Virus record (IMG/VR): IMGVR_UViG_3300037751_000768
Span: 1 to 29,874 of that record
Reading direction: 5' to 3' (one strand)
Length of the DNA stretch: 29,874 nt
DNA from: a virus
Lineage: Duplodnaviria; Caudoviricetes
The position numbers and the translations under genes are program-made. Under the pieces are notes generated by a model. The model did not search any database and was not told the DNA's origin. It worked only from the letters and a program-made list of their open reading frames with translations. Shown piece after piece: positions 8,166 to 15,840 of the stretch. The first letter of the stretch is position 1. The number at the start of each line of letters is the position of its first letter.

Positions 8166-8690
8166 GTGCCCATCGAATCGCTGAATGCAAACCATATCGG
8201 TGCCGCGGCCGGCGGCTTCGAAATGCAGCGGCAGTCCTCCGCTTTGCTTTACTTTCCAGGGCTGCTTGGGAACGTGGACAATCTGATCACGCTCGCCATC
8301 GCGTCCTTCCCGATGCCGAAGGTTGCTTCGGGGATCGTCGAGGTGGCCTACCTCAACGAAAAACGCAAGTTTGCGGGGATGCCGACCTTCGACGACTTGA
8401 GCATCGTTTTCCGCGATTACGTGGACAAGGACGTCGCTCGAGTCATTGGCCTGTGGCGCAAGAGCGTCTACGACCCGGTAACGGGTCGCATCGGTCTGGC
8501 GAGTGAGTACAAGCGCGACGGTCGCGCCGTTCAGTTCGCGCCGAATGGTGAGCTGGAGCGGGAGTTTGAAATCGTCGGGGCGTGGCCGTCGACGTGGGAT
8601 CCAGGCGACCACGACATGGAAGCCGAGGATCAAGTGCGGATCAACGTCACACTGACGATCGACAAGGCGATTCCGTCCTACGCGCGCTGA
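8166..8690 (+). CDS. Tail tube protein (T4 gp19-like)
   Basis: 174 aa directly after the sheath with GGAGG SD. Motifs KFAG..TF.D..I.F.D, W...VYDPVTG..G....YK.D, GAWPS and VTLTID. Confidence 0.93.
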   Translation: MPIESLNANHIGAAAGGFEMQRQSSALLYFPGLLGNVDNLITLAIASFPMPKVASGIVEVAYLNEKRKFAGMPTFDDLSIVFRDYVDKDVARVIGLWRKSVYDPVTGRIGLASEYKRDGRAVQFAPNGELEREFEIVGAWPSTWDPGDHDMEAEDQVRINVTLTIDKAIPSYAR

Positions 8691-8707
8691 CACCATCCTT
8701 CTCCGTC

Positions 8708-8745
8708 TTTGAAATAGTCGGTCGAGTGCCGATACAATTCCGACC
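8708..8745 (+). promoter_or_regulatory. Sigma70-like promoter and diverged copy of the 45-bp element
   Basis: TTGAAA (8709-8714), 18 nt, TACAAT (8733-8738). Shares TTTGA..TC.AGTGCC-5nt-AATTC.GACC with 1065-1109. AAAAGGAG SD before 8793. Confidence 0.55.
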
Positions 8746-8792
8746 ACGAGACGAATCCCTTTCAACGGCCAACACAAAGCCAAAAGGAGATT

Positions 8793-9392
8793 GTGATGTA
8801 TCTGAATGGATTCTCGGTGCGTGTGCAGGGAGGGGTAGAGCGAGCGCACGGGTACGTCGTGATGGCACATGGCCAGACGTACAAGATCGTCGTCGCCAAC
8901 CACGTGCGGGTACGGTGTGACGCCAACGTGCGGATCGACGGGAAGGACGTCGGTACGTGGAGGCTCCACCCGAATCAGAACATCGTGCTGGAGCGTCCTG
9001 CGAACGAACCCAAGCTCTTCACCTTCTACCGTGCCGCGAGCGCCGAGGGCGCCCGGGTAGGTGTCGACGTCGACCGCGAGGATCAGGGCCTCCTCAGCGT
9101 TGCGTTTACTCCGGAAGCCCAATCGATGACACCTCCTGAAGAATTTACGACTTTCGCGGGAGGGCCTGTCCCGCGCTCTTTCAGCGGGACAACCACACAA
9201 AACGCTTCCGCAGGGGTGACCGGGTTGACCGGAGAGAGCTCCCAGCGTTTCTCTGAGGCGGCGCACATGTCTCTCGATCACAACGCCACGCAGACCATTA
9301 CGCTACGGCTCGTCTGTGACGACGAGGACCCCGCCCCCCTTCGGCCGATCTCCTCGCAGTCAACGCCCGTCCCGCCTCGTGTTGGGTCGTGA
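8793..9392 (+). CDS. Conserved hypothetical accessory protein
   Basis: 199 aa with strong SD (start GTG 8793 or ATG 8796). Motifs GYV...HG..Y...N....RCDA...IDGK.VG.WR...LERP....FTFY and AG.TGL.G.S.Q.F...I.LRLV. Confidence 0.85.
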   Translation: MMYLNGFSVRVQGGVERAHGYVVMAHGQTYKIVVANHVRVRCDANVRIDGKDVGTWRLHPNQNIVLERPANEPKLFTFYRAASAEGARVGVDVDREDQGLLSVAFTPEAQSMTPPEEFTTFAGGPVPRSFSGTTTQNASAGVTGLTGESSQRFSEAAHMSLDHNATQTITLRLVCDDEDPAPLRPISSQSTPVPPRVGS

Positions 9393-9773
9393 TCACAGCG
9401 GAGTGGGTCTGTGAAAGAAGCGGCGGCCGGTTTCTGTGATCGCCCAAGTGTTTTCGTTCACTCGCGTGGCAAATCCAATCTTGACGAGATACAGCATCGC
9501 AGTACGCATCCACGTCTGGTCTGGGCCTACGATGAATTCGCGGTCGTTGGTGTGTGCCGACGATAGATCCTCCAAGACCCTGACCTCGTTAGGCGACAGC
9601 GGTGGCGATGAGGCGTCTACGTATGGCAGCGAGAGGTTTGCGATCTCACGAACAGTATCAAGTGGCAACCTCGTTTCCATCGCTACTCGTCTCTCGTCAA
9701 GCCCTTGCTCGACCAGTTGGTAGACGTGGAATGCTTGGCGTCGGCTCGCTCGTCGTGGTTTAGCCATTTCCAT
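9393..9773 (-). CDS. Putative DNA-binding protein (HTH plus winged-helix-like)
   Basis: QGLDERRVAMETRLPLDTVREI is HTH-like; YLVKIGFA...WAITETGRRF resembles a wHTH end. Start placed at the MEMAK ATG. Confidence 0.6.
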   Translation of the reverse strand: MEMAKPRRASRRQAFHVYQLVEQGLDERRVAMETRLPLDTVREIANLSLPYVDASSPPLSPNEVRVLEDLSSAHTNDREFIVGPDQTWMRTAMLYLVKIGFATRVNENTWAITETGRRFFHRPTPL

Positions 9774-9786
9774 TGGCCTCGCATGG

Positions 9787-10053
9787 TTAGGGGTCTGTGA
9801 GGACGTTTTCCATCCAGGCGCGGTCCTGTATCGCCTGTGCTGAGTTGATGTAATCCTCCTGCATCGCCAGGATGCCGCGTCGGTTGAGTCGAAACGAGAT
9901 CTGCTCGACACGGTCGTCGACCATCTCTCGCCAGTTCTCGTCCTTGTGCTCGCTCATGGCGCGCAGGATCTTGATCAGCAATGCCATCTCGGCCGTACGA
10001 ACGGCCACCGCTTCTCGGTATTTCGCGGCGCGGGCTTCCATTTCTTTGTTCAT
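9787..10053 (-). CDS. Hypothetical helical protein (88 aa)
   Basis: Purine-rich SD (GGAAGGGGGAAGGAAG) and a tight fit between neighbours. Confidence 0.7.
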   Translation of the reverse strand: MNKEMEARAAKYREAVAVRTAEMALLIKILRAMSEHKDENWREMVDDRVEQISFRLNRRGILAMQEDYINSAQAIQDRAWMENVLTDP

Positions 10054-10091
10054 CTTCCTTCCCCCTTCCAGCCCTCAGACTTTTCGTGACT

Positions 10092-10925
10092 TTACGTTCC
10101 CAGCGGGTGTGCCGTAAACCACGCGACAAGCGCCCTTGCGGCTGCGATCCCGTTTGCGGTGTCCTGGCGCTGCCACCGAGAAAACCGACGGCTCCATTTC
10201 CAGCCGCGGAGTCTCTCCTGGATGACTTCTTTGGGTTGCCTCGTATCGAATTCGACGCATACGCGGGATTCCGAGTCGTCCGCGTAAACTTTCCATCCCG
10301 GTCCCGCCCCAAACTCCACGTTGCATGGGCGTACGTCGAGTCGTGCCAGCTCTTCGATGCGTTTGCTCACGGTCCGAATGTTGGCGCTGAGGTTGGAGAG
10401 GGAGTAAGACGGGAACGGTGGTTGGCCTGGGATCCTCCAGACCTGGCAGGTTTCGAGGCCCTCAACAACCAGCGGTTTGATTTCGTCGGAGAGCCCTTCG
10501 GCGATCTCGACCCACGCCGCTGCGTCGTCCCAGTTTGGTTTTTTCGCACGGCGCCACGCCGCGTTGACGGCCTTGATGCCCTCGCGCCGTGTCTCGAGAC
10601 CTCGCTTCTTCTCCTCGAGTTTCTGGAGGGCGTCTGGGTCCTCAGACGAGATCCCTTGCTCTCCGACGTTCTCCGCTTTGCGGCGGTAGTACTCCGCCTT
10701 CTTCGCTTCCTCGGACGCCTTGCGGAGGTTGTTGTCGATGCGAGCGATGTCCCGGCGGTGACGTTTCTCACTGTGGTGCCCGACGAGAATCGGTTGTCCG
10801 AGGGGGATACCGTCCATCGTTGTCCGAGCTGCCTTTTCGGCAGCGTCTGACCGCGCCTGCGCCTTCGCCGCGAGTTCTTCCGCGCGAGCGCGTTTCGCCT
10901 CGAGCCTTGCCTCGTAATCGTTCAA
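10092..10925 (-). CDS. DUF3560 domain protein
   Basis: Signature IPLGQPILVGHHSEKRHRR, plus YYRRKA...ISSEDPDA..KL..K and C-terminal GWKWS....WQR. TTG start with GGAGG SD. Confidence 0.9.
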   Translation of the reverse strand: MNDYEARLEAKRARAEELAAKAQARSDAAEKAARTTMDGIPLGQPILVGHHSEKRHRRDIARIDNNLRKASEEAKKAEYYRRKAENVGEQGISSEDPDALQKLEEKKRGLETRREGIKAVNAAWRRAKKPNWDDAAAWVEIAEGLSDEIKPLVVEGLETCQVWRIPGQPPFPSYSLSNLSANIRTVSKRIEELARLDVRPCNVEFGAGPGWKVYADDSESRVCVEFDTRQPKEVIQERLRGWKWSRRFSRWQRQDTANGIAAARALVAWFTAHPLGT

Positions 10926-10969
10926 TTCATTCCCTCCTGGGGTGCGTTGTAGATCGTTCCCGCCACCAC

Positions 10970-11014
10970 CAATATCGGTCGAATTCGGAGGGCACTTGAG
11001 TGGTTTCTGTCAAA
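10970..11014 (-). promoter_or_regulatory. Conserved 45-bp promoter/operator-like element, copy 2
   Basis: The reverse complement reads TTTGACAGAAACCACTCAAGTGCCCTCCGAATTCGACCGATATTG; it lies 45 nt upstream of the DUF3560 start. Confidence 0.75.
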
Positions 11015-11020
11015 TTTCGC

Positions 11021-13189
11021 CTATCCGAAGAACTGCGCAACCTCGCCGATGCCGTCAGGCGACGGCACAAGCGTGATGTCCGAAAAATCCTCTACCCATC
11101 GTGTTGTCCTGAGAGCGCGCAGGATGTGGCCGTAGAGCACGCGGATCTCCGCGTCGGCGGCGGCTGAACAACGCATCGCGATCATGCGCCGCCACTGTGC
11201 GACCGACGCCGAGAAGATCAGCTCGGTGTGCAGCGCGTTCCCGAGGTAGCCGCGTGCAGCACCTCGCGCCTGCTTACGTGCCGTGGACTTGTCCACACCA
11301 CGCGCGGTGAGCCACGGCTGTAAGTTGTCGGCAGCACCCTTATATGCGGCTCTTCCGATCTCTTCCGCGGAGTGGGTTTGCCCTGACAGCAAACACACAG
11401 CCGGCCCTAACTCCCATCTACGCTCTCCAGCCGCCTCACGCCTAACGGTTTCGAGCGGATGCTCAACCCACGGGCTCTCACTCTCATCCACGTAGCGTGT
11501 GCTTCTCTGGGAGACCGCCGTGCGCCACTTGTGGCGGACCTGTTCGTGAGACGCACCTCTAGAGCAACCGAGCAGGAGCGACACCCACTTTTCCTCCGGG
11601 TGCGCGGGCTTGGACAGTTCATAGCTGAACTGGTGATCGTAGTAGGTCGCCCCTCGGTGTCCGAGTAACAGCCGTGACTCCTCCCAGTCGGGCGAACGAA
11701 TAATCTGGGGAGCGAGATTGTGCCCCGTCCGCTGCATTGCCAGCGACACAAGCGACCACATCAGAATCCCGTTGTTGTGCGCATCCCATTCCGCCACAGC
11801 GCGCAGATTCGACGTGACGCGCACGCCCTGCCACCCGTCTTCCTCTCCCCCTGAATACGTCACCCACACACCGGGGCGGTTCAAGTATATCAGTGCAACC
11901 TCATCGAGAAGAGTCCGACCTGAAGGCAACGACGTTCCGTACTCCCCGCGAATCTCCCACGTGAAGTTCGCGTGTTCCCACACGCTGTTGCCCGACCACA
12001 CGGTCTTCCCGTTGCGACGGACGTAGAGAGTGTTGTTAGGAACCTCCGCGCAGAAGACTTCACCTTCCCAATCGTCGATCCACTGCGTACGGCCTTTCTG
12101 CCCCGCGTACTTGTTGACTTGCGGACGTAGCGTCCGACGATTCACAGTGACCCGATACAAGGGAAGACGGTTAGATCTGCGATTCTCATAGCACTGGGCC
12201 TGACTGATGTTCCCCGCCAGACCCAAGTGCAAGCAGAGCTGTTGTATCTGTCCGGCGAGTATTGCGCTCGTCGTGTCGTACGCAACCGAGGTCTCTCCTT
12301 GCGTACCGTCCGAGTTGAGCAACCCGTCTAAGAGGCCATCCTGAAACCTGAGCGAAGATGTCGTCAGTAGAGCCTGCGGAATGACCTTCTGACCGTCCTC
12401 AGCGTAGATACCCTTGAACATCTCCCAATGATTGGCGGGAACCACCACAGCGTAGGTATCGTTTCGTCGCTCCCTCACCTCCCAACGCAGTCTATTTGCT
12501 TGAGCTTCCAGAAAGCGGATCTTTCGCTCGCGTCGAAGACGAAAAGTCACGACTCGTGATCTCGGGCCGATATATCCGTCCCCAATAGCAAACCCGAGCA
12601 ACGCGCCCACATGGGCGTCATCCAAACGCGCCTCAGCTCCGGGGTCGTTCGTGTCAAGAACGCAGCCTCCTTTGAAATAGGCGTGAGCCTTCGTCCCCAA
12701 CTCTTCTGCCGAGATCCGCACGAAGTCTCGACGCTGCCGTCCCTCGCGCGTCGTCATCAGACATGCGTACATCTTATGATCGGGAGTCACAAGCAGGTCC
12801 ACCTGTGTGCTCTCCACTCGGTACATCCGCCCACGGTGTTGTTTGCGTATCAGGCGCAAAGGTTTCTGATATACGACCGACCCAATTCCGTCTAGGGTCG
12901 CAAAGCGGTCCGACTCGCTGACTTCATCCCAATGCTTCCATCCGTCCGCTGTCAGGACTTCCGTCTCAGCATCGTAGCATCCGTGTCCAACGTCCGCGAT
13001 GTGCTTGTGGTACTCGGCCGAGTCGCGCCCCTTCCCAAGCGAATGGTAGCAGACCCGTCCGGCAAGCTCACACAGACGTTCGAGCGTGGTCCCTTGGAGC
13101 TGGTCGGATCTCGGCACGCCCATGCGCACTGGAGCGTGCGTCTCCTCGCCGTCGAACACGACTTCGGCGTACAAGTTCTCGTCGTACAT
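11021..13189 (-). CDS. thyX: Flavin-dependent thymidylate synthase ThyX, intein-containing precursor
   Basis: AGRVCY; the GHG/SVWEH motif is restored on intein removal; SHEQVRHK...SQRSTRYV; ARGYL.N...TE......WR.....R....A..EIR. Confidence 0.92.
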   Translation of the reverse strand: MYDENLYAEVVFDGEETHAPVRMGVPRSDQLQGTTLERLCELAGRVCYHSLGKGRDSAEYHKHIADVGHGCYDAETEVLTADGWKHWDEVSESDRFATLDGIGSVVYQKPLRLIRKQHRGRMYRVESTQVDLLVTPDHKMYACLMTTREGRQRRDFVRISAEELGTKAHAYFKGGCVLDTNDPGAEARLDDAHVGALLGFAIGDGYIGPRSRVVTFRLRRERKIRFLEAQANRLRWEVRERRNDTYAVVVPANHWEMFKGIYAEDGQKVIPQALLTTSSLRFQDGLLDGLLNSDGTQGETSVAYDTTSAILAGQIQQLCLHLGLAGNISQAQCYENRRSNRLPLYRVTVNRRTLRPQVNKYAGQKGRTQWIDDWEGEVFCAEVPNNTLYVRRNGKTVWSGNSVWEHANFTWEIRGEYGTSLPSGRTLLDEVALIYLNRPGVWVTYSGGEEDGWQGVRVTSNLRAVAEWDAHNNGILMWSLVSLAMQRTGHNLAPQIIRSPDWEESRLLLGHRGATYYDHQFSYELSKPAHPEEKWVSLLLGCSRGASHEQVRHKWRTAVSQRSTRYVDESESPWVEHPLETVRREAAGERRWELGPAVCLLSGQTHSAEEIGRAAYKGAADNLQPWLTARGVDKSTARKQARGAARGYLGNALHTELIFSASVAQWRRMIAMRCSAAADAEIRVLYGHILRALRTTRWVEDFSDITLVPSPDGIGEVAQFFG
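11987..12979 (-). mobile_element. Intein (331 aa) with LAGLIDADG homing endonuclease in thyX
   Basis: Block A CYDAETEVLTADGWK; block B LLVTPDHKMY; LAGLIDADG-like LLGFAIGDGY and LLDGLLNSDG; block F/G VFCAEVPNNTLYVRRNGKTVWSGN followed by +1 Ser. Confidence 0.93.
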
Positions 13190-13210
13190 CGTTCGGGCTC
13201 CAAATCAGTT

Positions 13211-13648
13211 TTAGGTGTTTTCAGTTGCGCGGCGTCGGTCGATCGCCATCCTCTCGCGCACGTCCTTCGGGAGCGGGTCCTGACCGATCGAGCGGGCGAG
13301 CATCCCGAGGGCGACGGCGAGCAGATTTTTCGACGCGGGGAGGGAGGTGGCCAACTCTCGGCTCTTGCGCTCCAGCCACTCGGCGGCCGAACGCTGGGCC
13401 CTTCTACGCTGCTCGCACTCGTCCTTGAGCGCCGCAACTTCTCCCTGGAGACGTACTACCGCCTCCGCGAGATCTGGCGCCGCAGATATCAGCTCTTCGT
13501 TGGCGTCGTCGGCTTCAATGTCTTCATCAATGGACGTTCGTAGGATCTTCTTGCGTTCGCCCTTGTCCGTGAGCGTCCGTTGAGAGCCGACCGTAGCCCA
13601 GTACCAAGGTCCCGGCGTGTGTCCCGCCCACTTTTCAGGATTTAGCAC
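13211..13648 (-). CDS. Phage protein with HTPGPW...AN..LI.AAPDL motif (Ead/Ea22-like)
   Basis: GHTPGPWYW and DANEELISAAPDLAEA followed by a coiled coil. Confidence 0.75.
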   Translation of the reverse strand: MLNPEKWAGHTPGPWYWATVGSQRTLTDKGERKKILRTSIDEDIEADDANEELISAAPDLAEAVVRLQGEVAALKDECEQRRRAQRSAAEWLERKSRELATSLPASKNLLAVALGMLARSIGQDPLPKDVRERMAIDRRRATENT

Positions 13649-13670
13649 GAACGCCTCCGAGCGTCGCGTA

Positions 13671-14105
13671 TCAAGGGTCTTGCTCGTTGGGACCGCCGAA
13701 CCGGTACCATCTATTCCGAGCGACGACAGCCCGGTCGAAGGCGTCGAGGCACCCGACCAAGAACTCCGCGAGGATGAAGTCTGGCGTGTCGGATGCGGTC
13801 TCGGCGGAGTGGCAGTTCAGGGCGTTTTCCAGTGTCTTGGTGAAGCCTTCTCCGCGGCAATTCGGATCCGCGACCTTCTCCGGTGCGTCGTGGGTCGCGG
13901 AGTCGGGCAGATTTTCCGACGCGGGGACCGAGCCGCGAATAACCGGGCCGTCGTGGACGAGGACGACCTGCTCGGGCTGCTCTGTGGAGTCCCAGTCCCC
14001 TTCCTCAACACGTTGCATGTGTTCGTGCCACGATTTCACTGCCTCAGCGTAGTTCTCTGCCTCGATGTAGTCGGGTTGGCCGTCGAACGTGATCATATAG
14101 AGCAT
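13671..14105 (-). CDS. Phage hypothetical protein
   Basis: The C-terminal LN.HSAE..SDTPDFILAEFL..CL.AF......R..WY motif is common in phage small proteins. Start placed at ATG 14105 (GGAG upstream). Confidence 0.7.
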   Translation of the reverse strand: MLYMITFDGQPDYIEAENYAEAVKSWHEHMQRVEEGDWDSTEQPEQVVLVHDGPVIRGSVPASENLPDSATHDAPEKVADPNCRGEGFTKTLENALNCHSAETASDTPDFILAEFLVGCLDAFDRAVVARNRWYRFGGPNEQDP

Positions 14106-14668
14106 CGTTCGGCTGCTCCCAAAAGCGTCGAGCGCCACGCGAGGGCGTCGATGAATCCAGTCGGGACGTAACGGAGCCCCTCGAACGCGAAGTCACGACC
14201 CTTGAGCCGTGAAAATATGTCGCTCGCGATCTTCAGTGTGAGGCGCTTGCCGATCCACTCTCTACGTCCGTCCTGCCACAGGAGGAACACGCCTCCCGCT
14301 TCGTCGCCCCCCCACAGGACCGCCTCTTGCCCGTACTTTTTGCCGAGCCGGCTTGCGGTTTCTGCGTCGATGTTTGGGACGACGAGGGAGGGCTCCGAGA
14401 CCAGCTCGGTCGAGCCGTCAGGACGAGTTTCACGGAAGAGGCCGGAGATTTTGATCGCCCCTCGCTGAAGCGATTTGAGGTCCCCCAGGAGCCGCGTCTG
14501 TGCGCTCTTGTTGTCCCGCGCAGAACGTTCCCCTCGGTACGCCGAGAGGATCGCGAACGTGCCTTGTGTGTGCGCAAGGACCCGAGAGAGGCTGGCCTCT
14601 GAAACGCTCCCGGTTGGCAGCCTGTCAATCAGGTCGGCGATCGTCGGATTCATCGTCTTCTCCTGCAT
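14093..14668 (-). CDS. Conserved large-phage protein (DUF3293-like)
   Basis: EASLSRV...FAILSAYRGE....N......L..DL...G.F.E...E.SLVV......LGKKYGQEAVL pattern. Confidence 0.65.
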   Translation of the reverse strand: MQEKTMNPTIADLIDRLPTGSVSEASLSRVLAHTQGTFAILSAYRGERSARDNKSAQTRLLGDLKSLQRGAIKISGLFRETRPDGSTELVSEPSLVVPNIDAETASRLGKKYGQEAVLWGGDEAGGVFLLWQDGRREWIGKRLTLKIASDIFSRLKGRDFAFEGLRYVPTGFIDALAWRSTLLGAAERCSI

Positions 14669-14825
14669 CGTCTACAACAAGGTCGCAGCTTTCGCAGATC
14701 TCGGTTCCGTCCTCGTAGACGTTGCGGTGGATGCGTGGGTACTGCTGTCCGCACGATGAGCAGACGAACGCCTCGTCGCACGCGCGTTCGGCGCTCCGGT
14801 CTGCGTTTGACTGGTAGTCTCTCAT
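14625..14825 (-). CDS. Small zinc-ribbon protein
   Basis: 66 aa with CSSC and CESC; GGTGAGG SD upstream; first gene of the - strand block. Confidence 0.6.
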   Translation of the reverse strand: MRDYQSNADRSAERACDEAFVCSSCGQQYPRIHRNVYEDGTEICESCDLVVDDAGEDDESDDRRPD

Positions 14826-15057
14826 GTCCGGTTACGCCTCACCAACCTTTCTGTCAGGGTGTCTCAACATCGACCATGGCGACCACCGCTCGTAGGTTGT
14901 TCCAGTATATCGCAGGTTTTTCAATACCGCAACACCCGAATCACGGGCCGGTTAAATGGGGGTGTAGGCGCACGGGAGCTTCGAGGGTATTGTAGGTTCT
15001 TTCGACGGGTTCCCCCGTCGATTCGAGCTCCCGCGATCGTAGGAGGTGGTGCGGAAA

Positions 15058-15840
15058 ATGTCGCAATTGGAGTATCGGTCCGTGCAGCTCCCTAGCCGAG
15101 GGGTGCTGTACGACGAACAGGTTCCGGACGGACGGATCGAGATTCGCAAACTGAGCACGGCAGAGCAGATCCAGTTTTTCGAGGGTGGGGGTCAGTCAGA
15201 GGATCGCGTCGAGCGTCTGCTCCGGTCGAGCGTCAGACTCCCGAGTGGGTTCAAGCACGCGGACCTATTGGTGACCGACCGGCTGTTCCTGCTGCTTTCC
15301 CTCCGTACGTTGACGTACGGTGACAGCTATCTGTTTTCGTGGCGCTGTCAGATGTGCGCGAAGCACAGCCAGGCGAACATCGAGATCCTTCGGGATCTCG
15401 ACGAGAAGGTTGCCGATGAGACTCTCATCGAACCGTTCGATGTCGAGCTTTCCGATGAGGACTGTACGGTACAGTGTCGCTTCTTGCGTGGTCGCGACGA
15501 GACCGAGGCCATACGCGCAGCCCGGCGTACGCAGGCGCGTACCAGGACCAACGGGGTCGGGGCGTCCGTTGGATTGTCTGGTCCTGATGAGATCACCGAT
15601 CTCGAGCGGTACAAGCTGATGATCGTCAGCCGATCAGGGGAACCGTTCCGCAATGCGGTTGAAAAGGACGTGTTTCTGACGCACCTCACCGCTGCCGATT
15701 TCGTCCGACTCCAGAACAGAGTGAGCGAGAGAGAGACCGGGATCGATATGACGCTTTACCTCGACTGTCCTCGGTGCGGCGCGGACAACGAAACGAGGAT
15801 GCCGTTCACGGCCGAGTTTTTTCGTCCGTCCCGACTATGA
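15058..15840 (+). CDS. Baseplate hub / tail assembly chaperone (T4 gp26-like)
   Basis: LPSRG.LY, DLL..DR.FLL..LR..TYG..Y, two CxxC pairs (CQMC, CPRC) and the end MPFTAEFFRP. AGGAGG at 15041-15046; start may be 15046, 15049-region or 15058. Confidence 0.8.
   Translation: MSQLEYRSVQLPSRGVLYDEQVPDGRIEIRKLSTAEQIQFFEGGGQSEDRVERLLRSSVRLPSGFKHADLLVTDRLFLLLSLRTLTYGDSYLFSWRCQMCAKHSQANIEILRDLDEKVADETLIEPFDVELSDEDCTVQCRFLRGRDETEAIRAARRTQARTRTNGVGASVGLSGPDEITDLERYKLMIVSRSGEPFRNAVEKDVFLTHLTAADFVRLQNRVSERETGIDMTLYLDCPRCGADNETRMPFTAEFFRPSRL

Noticed and set aside
8136-9281. Long antisense or alternate-frame ORFs (e.g. 8136-9281, 6892-7827, 25023-26177, 9981-10850)
   Set aside because: They shadow well-supported genes, have Arg/Pro-biased composition and no motifs, as expected in high-GC DNA.
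10922-10930. ATG-AAT-TGA minigene overlapping the DUF3560 TTG start
   Set aside because: The ATG is very close to the SD and such overlaps arise easily by chance; there is no further support.
5419-15044. (T/C)GTAGG as a late-promoter motif before 2428, 5437 and 15058
   Set aside because: It is short, overlaps SD-like sequence and also occurs inside coding regions; it cannot be separated from chance without statistics.
14880-15045. tRNA in the divergent intergenic region
   Set aside because: Hairpins are present but I could not build a cloverleaf with D arm, anticodon arm and T-loop consensus.
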